From an uncultured Gemmatimonadales bacterium (GTDB lineage: Bacteria; Gemmatimonadota; Gemmatimonadetes; Gemmatimonadales; Gemmatimonadaceae), in NCBI GenBank assembly GCA_963851265.1, contig CAWKNZ010000009.1:32001-96000 (forward strand): a stretch of 64,000 nucleotides of DNA. Reading direction: 5' to 3'. A model generated the notes under the pieces. That model searched no databases. It saw only the letters and a program-made list of their open reading frames with translations, and had not been told where the DNA came from. Below, in pieces: positions 30,737 through 41,808 of this stretch. Every line of letters starts with the position of its first letter. Position 1 is the stretch's first letter. The translations under genes were made by a program, and so were the position numbers.

Positions 30737-32111
30737 GTGCACCAGCCCCGCGTTTCGCGCCGCACCTTTCTCGGTGCCGGCGTCGCCGCCGGCGTGACGC
30801 TCGTGGGGGAGCGTGTGGGGGCGAGCCGGCCCCGGCCACGTGCGGCCGGTTTCCGGCCCGGCGTCACCGCGGGCCGGCGCGCCGAGCGACCGCGTGCGCT
30901 TCGGCGTCATCGGCGTCGGCATGCAGGGCTCCGGCCTGCTCGGCAGCGCCATCGCGCTGCCGCACGTGGAGTGCGCGGCCGCGTGCGACGTGTACGACGG
31001 TCGCCACACGCTCGCGCGCGAGATCGCCGGGCCGGGCCTGCGCGTCACCCGCCGCTACCAGGACCTCTTGGACGACAAGACCATCGACTGCGTGATCGCC
31101 GCCGTGCCCGACCACTGGCACCGGCAGATCGTGGTCGACGCGGTGCGCGCGGGGAAGGACGTGTACTGCGAGAAGCCGATGTCCCACACGCCCGACGACG
31201 GCGTGGCGATGCTCGACGCGGTACAGGGATCCGGGCGCATCGTCCAGGTGGGCTCGCAGCGCGTGAGCTCCGAGATCTGTGCGCGCGCGCGCGACCTCCT
31301 CGCGCGCGGCACCATCGGCGAGCTCACCCTCGTCGAGGGGTGGATCGGGCGCAACGACCCGACGGGCGCCTGGGAATACCCGCCGCCGCCCGACCTCTCG
31401 CCTCAGACCCTGGACTGGGACACCTGGCAGGGACGCGCCCCGCGGCGGGCCTTCGACCCGAAGGCGTTCGCGCGCTGGCGGGCGTACCGCGAGTACGGCA
31501 CCGGCGTCGCGGGAGACCTGCTGGTCCACCTCGTCAGCGGCCTGATGTTCATGCTCGGCGTCTCCGACCCGCCCTCGCGCGCGATGGCGGTCGGCGGCGT
31601 CCGGCGGTGGAAGGACGGCCGCACGTGGCCCGACGTCCTCGCCGTGACCTTCGACTACGGCGGGCTTCCCGTCTACATGCGGCTCAACCTCGGCACCGCG
31701 GCCGCGGAGACCTACCGGTTCCAGGGCGCGAAGGGGGTGCTCGAGGTGACCAACGGCGACACGGTGACGGTGACGCCGCAGACGGGGGAGGATTCGGGCC
31801 CGAGCTATTACGCCGAGAACAGCTACCCGCGCGCGATGCTCCAGGCGTACGAGCGGCACTGGCACGAGGAGAACGACGCGCGCCTTGCGCGCGAGGCGGT
31901 GTCGGAGGTGACGACGATTCGCGGGCCCAACTACGACGACCGCTCGCCCCACCTGGCGACGTTCTTCAACGCCGTGAGGTCGCGGCAGCCCGTCGTCGAG
32001 GACGCGCGGTTCGGCCACCACGCGGCGCTCGCGTGCCACATGGCGAACGCGTCGTACTTCGCGCACGGCGCCGCGACGTGGGACGCGTCCGCTCGGCGCG
32101 TGCGGAGCTGA
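30737..32111 (+). pseudogene. Tat-exported Gfo/Idh/MocA oxidoreductase, apparently frameshifted near 30820-30880
   Basis: GGAGG RBS and GTG 30737 give VHQPRVSRRTFLGAG (Tat). The catalytic body (GVIGVGMQG, VPDHWH, YCEKPM) is in another frame. Confidence 0.75.
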
Positions 32112-32374
32112 CGCCGGGCGGCGCGGGCGGCGCGGGCGGCGCTGGTCGAACGCGCGCCCGCCGTTAGGCCGGTTCGGCGCGTGCCCGCGAGCGCGGGCGC
32201 GGGCGGGCGGGCGACGCCCGCCGGTGTGATGGTCGTCCCCCGACTCGGGCCGAGCTGCGTGCGTGCGCGCCCACCCTGGCGCTGTCGTGACGGCGGCGGT
32301 ACTGTAGCGCGCCGGCGGCGTCTGCCGGCGGGTCCACCGCCCGGGCCCATTCCCATCCGAACACGGAGAGTCTC

Positions 32375-34689
32375 ATGGTCGGCGCCCAGCGGCCGACGGC
32401 CGCAGGCTGCAGCTCGTGGCCTCGGTCGCGGGGTCCGCTCGCGACCCGGTGCCGGCTCGCCGCAATCGCCGCGTTCGCCGCCGTCCCGGCGGTCAGCTGC
32501 ATGACAGGCGACGCGAGACCGGCCGCGCCCGAGGTGATCGACGTGGGGCGGGCGCGGTCGGTCGTGGTCACCGGCGCCGCCGCGTCGATGCCGGGCGGCG
32601 CGGTCGTATTCGTCCGGAACCCCGGTCCGGGCCCGCGCCGCGTGCGCGCGGTACTCGCGGCGGTGAGCGGCGAGGGCAAGGGCCTAACGGATTCCGCAAG
32701 AGCAGCCGCCGGGCCCGCCCGCGGGCGCGACAGCCGCACGCACAGCCGCACGCACAGCCGCACGCGCAGCCGCACGCGCAGCCGCACGCAGAGCAGGATG
32801 TACCCGCCAGCGCGGGCTCGGCTGGGCCGGACGGCCCGCGCGTTCTCGGGATCGACACGGTCGTGAGTGTGGCCGAGCGCGACAGCGTCGCGCTTCGCGT
32901 CAGGCTCGGCGGCGACCTTGCGCGGGGGAAGGTCGCGCGCGCCGCCCTCGTGCTCCGCGACACGGCGGACGCCCGGCCGCGCGCCGCAGCGGCCGCGCCC
33001 GCCGCCCGCGCGGACACGCACGCGGTGCTCGTCGTCGGAACCGGCCTGACCGCGGCCGCGAGGTGGTCGACGACCGCCGTGCGCCTGGCTCCGTTAGGCG
33101 ACGCGCCGCTCTGGGTCCTGCGCGACGTCGTCCCCCTGCCGTCCGGCGTCGCGCCCGCGGCGTACCTCCCCACCTGCGCGGCCGCGCGTTCTCCCCTCCA
33201 CCCCGGCGGCTCGACGCCAAAGGACGGGATCGCGTTCGCGTGCGTCGCGTCGGTCGACACCGCTGCGGGGCCCGGATTGCGGCTCGCGGTGGACGGCGTC
33301 TCGGGCGTGGGGGAGTACGAGGGCACCCTGCCGGTTTTCACCCCGACCGCGGCCGACACCCTGGCGCTCCGGGTGCGAGTCACGGACCTTCCTGTCTGGC
33401 CACTGCTGGTGCTGTCGGCGGGACTCCTGCTCGCGCTCGCGTCGCGGCGCTACACCGGTGTGCGACGCGCGCAGTGGCAGTTGCGGCGCCGCGCGCTCCT
33501 CCTGCGCCCGGCGTTCGCGTCGGCGCAGGGGGCGTTCATGGCCGGGTTGAATCGCGCGACGTCGGCCGCGGCGGGTGCGCCGGGTGCCCCCGCCCCGCAC
33601 GACGACTCGAAGCACACGCCATCGATCGCCGCGGATTTCTACGCGCAGGCCGACGCACTCGTCGACCGCGTGCAGACAGCCGCGCTTCCGGTGCTCGGGT
33701 CGTGGGACGTGAGCGACCCGACGTACAAGGCGCTCTCGGACGCGGCCGGCATGCTCGAGGCGACCCTGGTCGATTGGGGGGCGTTCGGACATCAGCTCCG
33801 CAGCCTCCGCGCGGCCGCGAAGGTCGCGTCCGCGGCGGCGACGCGGCTCCCGCCGCTCGTGACCGACCCCCCGCGTCAGGCACCGCAGGGCGTCATCGAC
33901 GCGCGTGCGATCGGCGCGCCCGGCAACCTCACGCTCGAGGCGTTCGCCGCGCGCAAGAAGGGCGTCGACGCCGCGACCGCGTTTCTCGCCACGCTCGCCG
34001 ACGAGATCACGCGTGCGGTGCGCACACGCGACTGGATCGACCAGCTGCGCCCGGCGCCGGGCGCGGCAGCCGGGGCCGCCCCGGCGCTCGCGGCGACGGT
34101 GGACGCGCAGCTCCGGCAGGTCATACTCGACGTCTGGGAGGCGCGTGACGCGGCCGACCTCGGTGTCCGCGCGACCGCGACCACGCTGCTGCAACTCGAG
34201 CACGCCCTCGCCGCGGCCACGGTGCCGCGCGGGGACCGGCTCGCCCTCGCGGCGCCTTCGCCCGCCGCGAAGCAACTGCGCTTCCGCACCGTGGCGGCGC
34301 TCGACGCCGCGCAGCACGTCGCCGCGCGCCGGGTGCTTCGCGCCGTCCCACCGTCGCCGGCCGAGGTCGCGGCACGGAACCGCCGGACCGCGCAGTCGCT
34401 GCTCGCCGCCCTGGGCCGGACCGACTGGCGGTACGCCGCGCTCGCCTGGGTCGTCGCGGTGCTCGGCTGGCTCTCTAAGTCGTACCTCGGCCAGTCGTTC
34501 GGAACGCTCGCCGACTATATCGGCGCGTTCACGTGGGGCTTCGGCGCGTCGGTCGGGCTCGACTTTCTGCAAACCACGCTCGGAAAGCTCGGCGCATCGA
34601 CGTGGGGCGCGACGGCCGCACCGCAAGCGTCGGCGTCCGCGGCGGTCGCGAATGCCGTGACCGCGGTGACGGCCGCGCGAACTCCGTAG
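32375..34689 (+). pseudogene. Large hypothetical membrane/lipoprotein, apparently frameshifted at about 32690-32730
   Basis: ATG 32375 (GGAG RBS) gives a signal-like segment ending AVSC in one frame. The QPHA repeat, central TM and C-terminal TMs (FGTLADYIGAFTWGFG) are in another frame ending at 34689. Confidence 0.55.
32731..32790 (+). repeat. Coding tandem repeat (CAGCCGCACGCR)x5 = (QPHA)5
   Basis: Five 12-bp units that vary only at the Ala wobble position. Confidence 0.92.
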
Positions 34690-34767
34690 CGCCGATCGCG
34701 CGGCACTTCCAGGCGCGTGGTCGACACGCGCGAGCCTCCACGTATCACCAACCGAGGAGCGTTGGGC

Positions 34768-35265
34768 ATGGCAGCCATCTCGCAGACGGTGCACTTCGAC
34801 CCGGCAGGCGGCCCGCTGTCCGCCCGGCTGCGGTGTGACTTCGCGAACGCCGGGAGCTTCGGGCTGCTGCTGCTCGAGCACGACCGGGTCACGATCGTCG
34901 AGGAGTTCAGGGACGACTTCTCCAGTCCGCCCCAGAACACGCATCAGCTGCCCGGCGCGGCTGCCGATCAGGACGGTCGCGTGCTGGATTTCGTCGCCAC
35001 GGTCGGCATCCTCGATGCGAGCGGCGCGTTCGCCGTCGCCATGACGATCGTGCAGGACGGCCGCGAGCTCGCGACGGCAGCTACCGATCCGAAGACGTCC
35101 ACCAGCCAGACGGAGAATTGCGAGCTCGCCGTCGCACTGTCTGCGACACCGGCGCTGGCGATGATGAGCCGTTCGGTGGAGCGGTTGCTCGCGGCTCGTC
35201 CGACGCAGAAGACGAAGCGGGTGCCGGGCAACGCCGGCGCGCCGCGGCCGCGAGCCGGGCGATGA
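34768..35265 (+). CDS. Hypothetical protein
   Basis: GAGGAG RBS, beta-rich 165 aa, ATGA overlap with the next gene. Confidence 0.7.
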   Translation: MAAISQTVHFDPAGGPLSARLRCDFANAGSFGLLLLEHDRVTIVEEFRDDFSSPPQNTHQLPGAAADQDGRVLDFVATVGILDASGAFAVAMTIVQDGRELATAATDPKTSTSQTENCELAVALSATPALAMMSRSVERLLAARPTQKTKRVPGNAGAPRPRAGR

Positions 35266-36416
35266 GCGTCGCCCACAGCGCGGGCCGTCGCGCGCGGGTG
35301 GCGGCCGCGTGCGCCGCGCTCGCCGCCTGCGCGGGCTCGGCGCGCGCGCAGGCGAACGCGGCCGCACTCGCGACGCCTAACGACGCGACGCCTGGCACGG
35401 CGAAGCTGCTGCAGGCCGACTACGCCGTCCCGGAGGTCCCCGCGCTGAAGATGCTCGACCTGGACCAGAGCCGGCTCGTACGGCCGTACAGCGCGCGGGC
35501 GCTCGCGACGGGGTTCACCAGCGCCACGGGCGGCTCCGTGTACGTCCCCTCCGGGCTCGGCGTCGAGTTCTCGCCGCTGTTGCTCGTGTACGGCCGCCAG
35601 CTGTCCATCGCCGACTACGAGGCCGCCCCGTGGAAGTACCGGCTTCGCACGTCCTTCGCCGCCCGGCGCGACTCGACCACGTCGCGGCGCACGCTGCTCG
35701 CCGGGGCGCTCCGCATCAGCCTGCAGGACCAGTCGGACCTCCGCACCAACCGCGCGTTCCGCCGCGCGCTGACCTCGCTCACGCGGGCGCGGCGCGACAG
35801 CATACTGCTGGTGCGCGAGGCGTGGTCGCGCGCGGGGGTGCCGCTCGTCGGCGACCGAACGCCGGCGCAGGACAGCCTCGCGCGCGCGGTCGAGCGCGGG
35901 GTCGGCGCGCGGCTCGTCACCGGGTACGGCATCCAGCTCGACTCGCTCGACGAGCTGGTCAAGGCGGCCAAGGAGGAGGCGCTGTGGAACGCCGACGTGT
36001 TCGACGTCGCGCTCGGCGTGCGCAGCTCCGCACGCGACTCGCTGGCCGGCGGCATGCGCTTCGACGGGGTGGCGGGGTGGCTCACCAAGGGGTGGGCTCC
36101 GCGGTGGCTCCCGGGGCAGTTCCTGGTCGGCACGCGCGGGGCGTACGAGCGCGACTCGACCGGCCGGGATCTGCGCGGCACGGGCGACGCCATCGCACGC
36201 GTCTACGTCGGCCGGAACGCCTACCGGGTGCACGCCGACGTACAAGGGACGGGGCGGGGCTCGTCGCGTCCGAGTTGGCTCGTCGGTGGTGGCGGCGAGT
36301 TCCGGGCGGCTACCGGGTTCTGGGTGGATCTCGCGGCGAACTGGCGGGCGACGGGCGCGCTCGGGACCGGGCGCCTGCTGCACTCGGTGAAGCTGAAGTT
36401 CTCGCCGCCCGGCTGA
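35262..36416 (+). CDS. Hypothetical exported protein, possible outer-membrane beta-barrel
   Basis: Signal peptide (ARA-Q) and amphipathic beta-strand pattern in the C-terminal half ending SVKLKFSPPG. Confidence 0.68.
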   Translation: MSVAHSAGRRARVAAACAALAACAGSARAQANAAALATPNDATPGTAKLLQADYAVPEVPALKMLDLDQSRLVRPYSARALATGFTSATGGSVYVPSGLGVEFSPLLLVYGRQLSIADYEAAPWKYRLRTSFAARRDSTTSRRTLLAGALRISLQDQSDLRTNRAFRRALTSLTRARRDSILLVREAWSRAGVPLVGDRTPAQDSLARAVERGVGARLVTGYGIQLDSLDELVKAAKEEALWNADVFDVALGVRSSARDSLAGGMRFDGVAGWLTKGWAPRWLPGQFLVGTRGAYERDSTGRDLRGTGDAIARVYVGRNAYRVHADVQGTGRGSSRPSWLVGGGGEFRAATGFWVDLAANWRATGALGTGRLLHSVKLKFSPPG

Positions 36417-36462
36417 CCGCGCAACGCGCGCGGCCGGCTGGCGAACGACTCCGTGCTCGTAC

Positions 36463-37713
36463 TCAGCCGGTCGGCACCGTGATCTGCACGCTGTCGCGGG
36501 CGGTCTTGGTCGTGCCCTCGACACTGTAGAAGTCCACACGGACGCCCCCCGGCGACACGCGCACGAGTAGGTAGCCGTACCCACCGTACGACGCGTCGAA
36601 CGAATGGTCGCCCGTGACCTGCCCCGATGCCGGACCGATCGGGGCGAGGCCGTGCCCGCCCCCGCCCGCGACGAGGAAGGGGATCTGGCGCGCGACGCCG
36701 CCCACCGTGAGACGCCGCGTGTAGCGCTGGTAATTGTGCGAGTGCGCGGACAGCACGAGGTCGGGCCACACGTCGCCGGCCGAGCGGCACGCGTCGTCGA
36801 TGTCGGCGAGCATCTCGGGACTCCCGGCGTGCCCTCCGCTGCTGAAGGGCGGGTGGTGCGTGACGACGATGAGCGCCTTCCGCGGTGTCGCGCCGCGGGA
36901 GGGCGGGGTGCTGGGATGGCCGGCGTGCGCGTGGCCCGCCCCGGTGCGCGCGGACCCGATCGCACGCAGGGTCGCGACGAGCCAGTCCTTCTGCACCGAC
37001 CCGGCGGTCGGCCCCGAGAGAAAGCCCGGATTCTCGGCCGTGTTGGAGTAGAGCCCGATGATCTGGACGAACGGTGCGTCGAGCAGCCAGTAGACGCCCG
37101 GCAGCGTCATCGTCTGGCGAAAGACTGTGCCCGCGACCGGCGGCACCTGCGCCGTAGTCGCGCAGAAGTTGGCGAGGAACGCCCGCAGGCTGGCCGGGTC
37201 GGTCGGCGGCAGCACCTCGCCGTCGTGGTTGCCCGCGATCGCGACGATCTTGCCCGGGTAGCCGCGGTTCGGGACGTAAAACTGGTCTCGGTAGGTCGCG
37301 TCCTTGTTGGGGCCGTACACGACGTCGCCCAGGTGGAGCCAGAACGCGGGCGAGTGGGCGGGGTCACCCAACTGGTAGTCCTGCGCCATCGCGGCGGCGA
37401 CGTCGCTCTGCGGCGAGTGGTCGCCGTGCCCGGTGTCGCCGACGGCGTGGAAGACCATCGCGCCCGCGGCCTCGATCTGCGCCACGCCGGCCGCGCCGAT
37501 GATGCCGTCGAGCGGGACCGGCGCGTCGCTCCGCGCGCGCGGGATCGGTTCGACGCGCGACTGCACGAAGGCGAGCAGGGCGTCGTCCGCTGCGGCCGAG
37601 GCGTCGAGTTCGACGCGCGCGTCGGCGGGGCGGCCGTCGCCGCCGAGCGCCGTCGGGAGCGGGAAGGCGAAGCGCAGCGGATCGCCGGGCGCAGAGCGCG
37701 CGTCGTCGGACAT
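36463..37713 (-). CDS. Calcineurin-like metallophosphoesterase (purple acid phosphatase-like)
   Basis: VGDTG, LGDVVY, GNHD, HHP, SAHSHNY motifs. Confidence 0.87.
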   Translation of the reverse strand: MSDDARSAPGDPLRFAFPLPTALGGDGRPADARVELDASAAADDALLAFVQSRVEPIPRARSDAPVPLDGIIGAAGVAQIEAAGAMVFHAVGDTGHGDHSPQSDVAAAMAQDYQLGDPAHSPAFWLHLGDVVYGPNKDATYRDQFYVPNRGYPGKIVAIAGNHDGEVLPPTDPASLRAFLANFCATTAQVPPVAGTVFRQTMTLPGVYWLLDAPFVQIIGLYSNTAENPGFLSGPTAGSVQKDWLVATLRAIGSARTGAGHAHAGHPSTPPSRGATPRKALIVVTHHPPFSSGGHAGSPEMLADIDDACRSAGDVWPDLVLSAHSHNYQRYTRRLTVGGVARQIPFLVAGGGGHGLAPIGPASGQVTGDHSFDASYGGYGYLLVRVSPGGVRVDFYSVEGTTKTARDSVQITVPTG

Positions 37714-37808
37714 GGCTCGGGGGCTCGGAGGGAACGACGTGACGTTAGGCAGCACCGCCGCCCCGCGAATACCGCGCCGCAGGCGCGCGCTGCGGCCGTC
37801 CCGGTGCC

Positions 37809-39917
37809 CTACCGCGGGATCACGGGCAGCGTCACGTGCGACGGGTGCGCCGCGTCGTGCACGAGCCGCTGGTGCGCGACCACGAACGTGCTGTCCCGCT
37901 CGTTATTCGCCCCCGTGTTCAGGTTGCGGTCGTACTTCGGAAAGAGCGCCGACGACACGCTCACCCGCAGCCGGTGGCCGGGCTCGAACACGCGCGACGT
38001 GAACCAGAGGTCGAGGTCGTACCGCTCGACGCGCCCCGGCGTGAGCGGCACGCTGCGGTCGAACCCCCGGCGGAAGCGCGCCCGCGCCACGCCGTCCTGC
38101 ACGCGCTCGGCGTGCCCGTCGGGGAAGACGTCCAGCAGCATCACGTCCCAGTCGGTGTCGCGGGCGTCGGTCGCGGCCCAGAGCGTGGCCGACATCTGCC
38201 CCGTCACCTCGACCGGCTTCGCGAGCGGCGCCGACGTGAACACGAGCGCGTCGTGCCGCGCGGCGTTGAGCGCCGTGTAGTCCTCGTTGAGCGAGGTCTC
38301 GAGTTCGCGCGAGTCGATGAGGAAGGGCGTCGGGTCCGCGGGGTCGTAGGTGAACGCGTCGGCCGGCGCGCCGCGCGGCGGGAGCGTGTCGAGCACCCCG
38401 TCGCCGGCGCTCGTGTTGGCCCGGCCGCCGGACGACAGATACCAGTTGGTGCGCACCGCCCGCGCGAGCGGCCACGCCGCCTCGTGGCGCCAGACGTCGT
38501 CCCCGAAGACGAACACGTCGACCGGGCGCTCGCGGTCGACGCCGTTGGGCTTGCCGAGCAGGTAGTGGTCGAACCAGCGGAGCTGCAGGCGCCGGGTGTC
38601 GACGCGCGACTGCGGCCCGAACTCGCCGGCCACGTAGTCGACCCCCTTGTGCGCACCGGGCCCCATCACGAGCCGGACCAACGGGTGCCCCGGCACGCGG
38701 TTCAGCGCGTCGGTGTAGTCGATCGGCCCGCGCGAGTCGTCGTACCAGCCGGAGATCTGCAGCACCGGCGCGCGCACCTTCGCGATGTTGGTCGTCACCG
38801 CGTGCGCGCGCCAGTACGCGTCGAGCGTGGGGTGCGCGATCCACCGGTCCCACAGCGGCACGTCGCCGCAGCCGAGCCGCCGGGGCAGGTCGGTGAGCGG
38901 CAGGTGCATGAGCGCCGGACCGATGTCCAACTCGCTCACGTCCTGCAGCGTGCGGGCGCGCATCAGGCAGGCCCACGCCACGTTGATCGGCGAGAACACC
39001 ATGTCCTCGTACGGCACGATGCGCCACGGATCGCCGGTCGCCGCCGACGGCGCGATGGCCGCGAGATGCGGCGGCGCGCTCACCGCGGCGTACCACGCGA
39101 GCCGGCCCTCGTCGGAGTGACCGATCATGCCGACGCGGCCGTTGGCGCCGGGCAGTCGGGCCGCCCACTCGACGGCGTCGTAGCCGTCGCGCACGTCGGT
39201 GTCGTAATCGCCGAAGTCGCGCCCCGACGAGACGTCGCGCCCGCGCACGTGCTGCGCGACGAAGATGTACCCGCGCGAGGCCCAGTACCGGCCGGCCGCG
39301 TGCAGGATGCGGGTGTAGGGCGTGCGCTGCAGCACGACGCCGAACGGCCCCGCGCCGACCGGACGGGCGACGTAGCTCGCCAGCCGCGCCCCGTCGCGCG
39401 TCGGCATGAACACCAGGGTGTCCTCCGTGACGGCGTACGCGGAGTCGGACACGGGCCCCGGCCAGAGCGCGTAGGCGCGCTCCACGACGAACGGCGTCGC
39501 GCGGCGGACGAAGCGGATCTGCCGGCCGGCCGGCCGGCCGTTCACCAGCATGACGCCCGTGAGGGTGTCGCCGCGCCACGCGGCGGCGACGGACTCATCG
39601 CCCGCGCCACTCAACGTCACCGAGTCGCCCCGCGCGGCGACGCGGGTGACGTCGAGGATCGGCTCCCCGGTGCGCCGGCGGATCGGCCCCGCGACCCCCG
39701 ACTCGCGCAGGACGAAGTGGGCGAACCCCATCCGCCGCCACCCCTGGAAGCCGGGGCGCGCCGTCGAACCGCTCGCCAGGTAGACGTCCCAATCGCCCTC
39801 TAGCGCGGGGGGACCGGCCGGGCGGGCGAACGCCGTCGTGACGCCGACGGCGAGGAGCGCGGCGAACGCGCGCGCGCCGCGCGATAGTCGCGATAGTACA
39901 GTGACGTGACCAAACAT
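37809..39917 (-). CDS. CocE/NonD family serine hydrolase, exported
   Basis: MPTRDGARL, LQRTPY, DGYDAVEW, GHSDEG nucleophile elbow, GWYD, and a PepX C-terminal domain (YDPADPTP, FEPGHRLRV, FPKYDRNLNTG). Confidence 0.88.
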   Translation of the reverse strand: MFGHVTVLSRLSRGARAFAALLAVGVTTAFARPAGPPALEGDWDVYLASGSTARPGFQGWRRMGFAHFVLRESGVAGPIRRRTGEPILDVTRVAARGDSVTLSGAGDESVAAAWRGDTLTGVMLVNGRPAGRQIRFVRRATPFVVERAYALWPGPVSDSAYAVTEDTLVFMPTRDGARLASYVARPVGAGPFGVVLQRTPYTRILHAAGRYWASRGYIFVAQHVRGRDVSSGRDFGDYDTDVRDGYDAVEWAARLPGANGRVGMIGHSDEGRLAWYAAVSAPPHLAAIAPSAATGDPWRIVPYEDMVFSPINVAWACLMRARTLQDVSELDIGPALMHLPLTDLPRRLGCGDVPLWDRWIAHPTLDAYWRAHAVTTNIAKVRAPVLQISGWYDDSRGPIDYTDALNRVPGHPLVRLVMGPGAHKGVDYVAGEFGPQSRVDTRRLQLRWFDHYLLGKPNGVDRERPVDVFVFGDDVWRHEAAWPLARAVRTNWYLSSGGRANTSAGDGVLDTLPPRGAPADAFTYDPADPTPFLIDSRELETSLNEDYTALNAARHDALVFTSAPLAKPVEVTGQMSATLWAATDARDTDWDVMLLDVFPDGHAERVQDGVARARFRRGFDRSVPLTPGRVERYDLDLWFTSRVFEPGHRLRVSVSSALFPKYDRNLNTGANNERDSTFVVAHQRLVHDAAHPSHVTLPVIPR

Positions 39918-40042
39918 GCGGCAGACCGGGTGGGACGGTGGACGGTCGGTACGGGGGGCGTTCGCTCGGCGATCGTCGTCCTCCGCGCGACCGGACGAGC
40001 GCGTAAGTTGACGGCTCACCTGTCCCCGGAGCCAGCGACGCC

Positions 40043-40753
40043 GTGCGCATCAGCGACATGAACTGGATGCAGGTGGAGGAATACCTGCAACGCGACGACC
40101 GCGCCGTGCTGCCGCTCGGCAGCACCGAGCAGCACAGCCATCTGCGGCTCACGGTGGACTGTATCCTCCCCGAGCGCGTGGCCGCAGAGGCGGCGGAGCC
40201 GCTCGGCGTCCCGGTGTTCCCGGTGCTGCCGTACGGGGTCACCCCCTACTTCCGCGACTTCCCGGGGTCGATCTCGCTCCGCGTCGAGACGCACCTGCGC
40301 GTGGTGCGCGACATCCTCGACGGCATGGCGCACAGCGGGTTTCGTCGCATCCTGATCGTCAACGGGCATGGGGGCAACGGCGCGGCGCAGCAGTTCGTGC
40401 AGGAGTGGGCCGCCGACCACGCCGGCTGCCGGGTGATCTTCCACAACTGGTGGAGCGCGCCGCGCACCTGGGCCAGGGTGCAGGCCACCGACGCCGTCGC
40501 GTCGCACGGGTCGTGGATGGAGAACTTCCCCTGGACGCGCCTGCCCAACGTCGAGGTGCCTGCGGAACGGCGGCCGATGGTCGACCTCGCCCGCGTGCGC
40601 GCGCTCGACCCGGCGGCGCTCCGCGAGTACCTCGGCGACGGCAACTTCGGCGGCTGGCACCAGCGCCCCGACGAGGACATGCTCGCGATCTGGCAGGTGG
40701 CGGTCGACGAGACGCGCGAGTTGCTCGCGGGCTCGTGGGGCGAAGCGGTCTGA
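40043..40753 (+). CDS. Creatininase / creatinine amidohydrolase family protein
   Basis: LPLGSTEQH, VNGHGGN, SHGSWME. Confidence 0.9.
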   Translation: MRISDMNWMQVEEYLQRDDRAVLPLGSTEQHSHLRLTVDCILPERVAAEAAEPLGVPVFPVLPYGVTPYFRDFPGSISLRVETHLRVVRDILDGMAHSGFRRILIVNGHGGNGAAQQFVQEWAADHAGCRVIFHNWWSAPRTWARVQATDAVASHGSWMENFPWTRLPNVEVPAERRPMVDLARVRALDPAALREYLGDGNFGGWHQRPDEDMLAIWQVAVDETRELLAGSWGEAV

Positions 40754-40767
40754 CGGCGCGGGCGACG

Positions 40768-41808
40768 ATGCGATGTCTGGTGTGGGGCGCGGGCGCGATC
40801 GGCGGCACCATGGGCGCGCACCTCGCGCGGGCCGGGCACGACGTCACGTTCGTCGACGCGGTCGGCGAGCACGTCGACGCGATCGGCCGAGACGGGATCC
40901 GGATCACCGGCCCGCTCGCGGCCTTCACCGTGCGGGCGCCCGCCTTCACCCCCGAGCGGGTGCGCGGCGCGTGGGACACGATCATCCTGGCGACCAAGGC
41001 ACAGCACACCGAATCCGCCACGCGCGCGCTGCGCCCCCACCTGAGCGCCGGCGGCTGCGTGATTTCGGCGCAGAATGGACTCAACGAGCTCGCCATCGCC
41101 GAGGTCGTCGGCCCGGACCGCACGGTCGGCGCCTTCGTCAACTTCGGCGCGGACTACCTCGAGCCCGGCGTGATTCATTACGGCGGCCGCGGCGCGGTGG
41201 TCGTGGGCGAGATCGACGGACGCCTCACGCCGCGGGCGGTCGCGGTGCGCGACGCGTGGCGCGACTTCGACGACCGCGCGGTCGCGACGCCCAACGTCTG
41301 GGGCTATCTCTGGGGCAAGGAGGCCTACGGCGCCATGCTCTTCGCCACCGCCCTGACCAACGAATCCATCGCCGACGCCCTCGCGCTGCCGGAGTACCGC
41401 GGCCTCTACATCGCGCTCGCGCGCGAGATGCTGGCCGTGGCCGCCGCGCGCGGGGTGACGCCCGAAGCGTTCGACGGGTTCGATCCGGCGGCCTATCTGC
41501 CGTCGGCCCCTCCCGGCGCCGCGGCGCGCTCGCTCGACGACCTCGTCGCCTTCAACCGCCGGTCGGCCAAGACGCACAGCGGGATCTGGCGCGACCTCGC
41601 CGTGCGTAGGCGTCCCACCGAGGTCGACGCGCAACTCGGGATCGTCGCCGCGCTCGGCCGGCAGGCGGGCGTGCCGACGCCGCTCACCGAGCGGCTCGTC
41701 GCGCTCGTCCACGACGTCGAGCGCGGCGCGCGCCCGCAGTCGCTCGACACGCTGGCGGCGCTCGCCGCCGCGCGCCCCGCGGCGCCTAACGATACGGCCG
41801 GCGGATGA
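40768..41808 (+). CDS. Ketopantoate reductase (ApbA/PanE) family oxidoreductase
   Basis: WGAGAIGG, LATK, SAQNGL, LWGK, RDL..RRPTEVD. Confidence 0.85.
   Translation: MRCLVWGAGAIGGTMGAHLARAGHDVTFVDAVGEHVDAIGRDGIRITGPLAAFTVRAPAFTPERVRGAWDTIILATKAQHTESATRALRPHLSAGGCVISAQNGLNELAIAEVVGPDRTVGAFVNFGADYLEPGVIHYGGRGAVVVGEIDGRLTPRAVAVRDAWRDFDDRAVATPNVWGYLWGKEAYGAMLFATALTNESIADALALPEYRGLYIALAREMLAVAAARGVTPEAFDGFDPAAYLPSAPPGAAARSLDDLVAFNRRSAKTHSGIWRDLAVRRRPTEVDAQLGIVAALGRQAGVPTPLTERLVALVHDVERGARPQSLDTLAALAAARPAAPNDTAGG

Noticed and set aside
10798..32790. Tandem repeats as CRISPR arrays
   Set aside because: Units are 9-14 bp with no spacers, and no cas genes are present.
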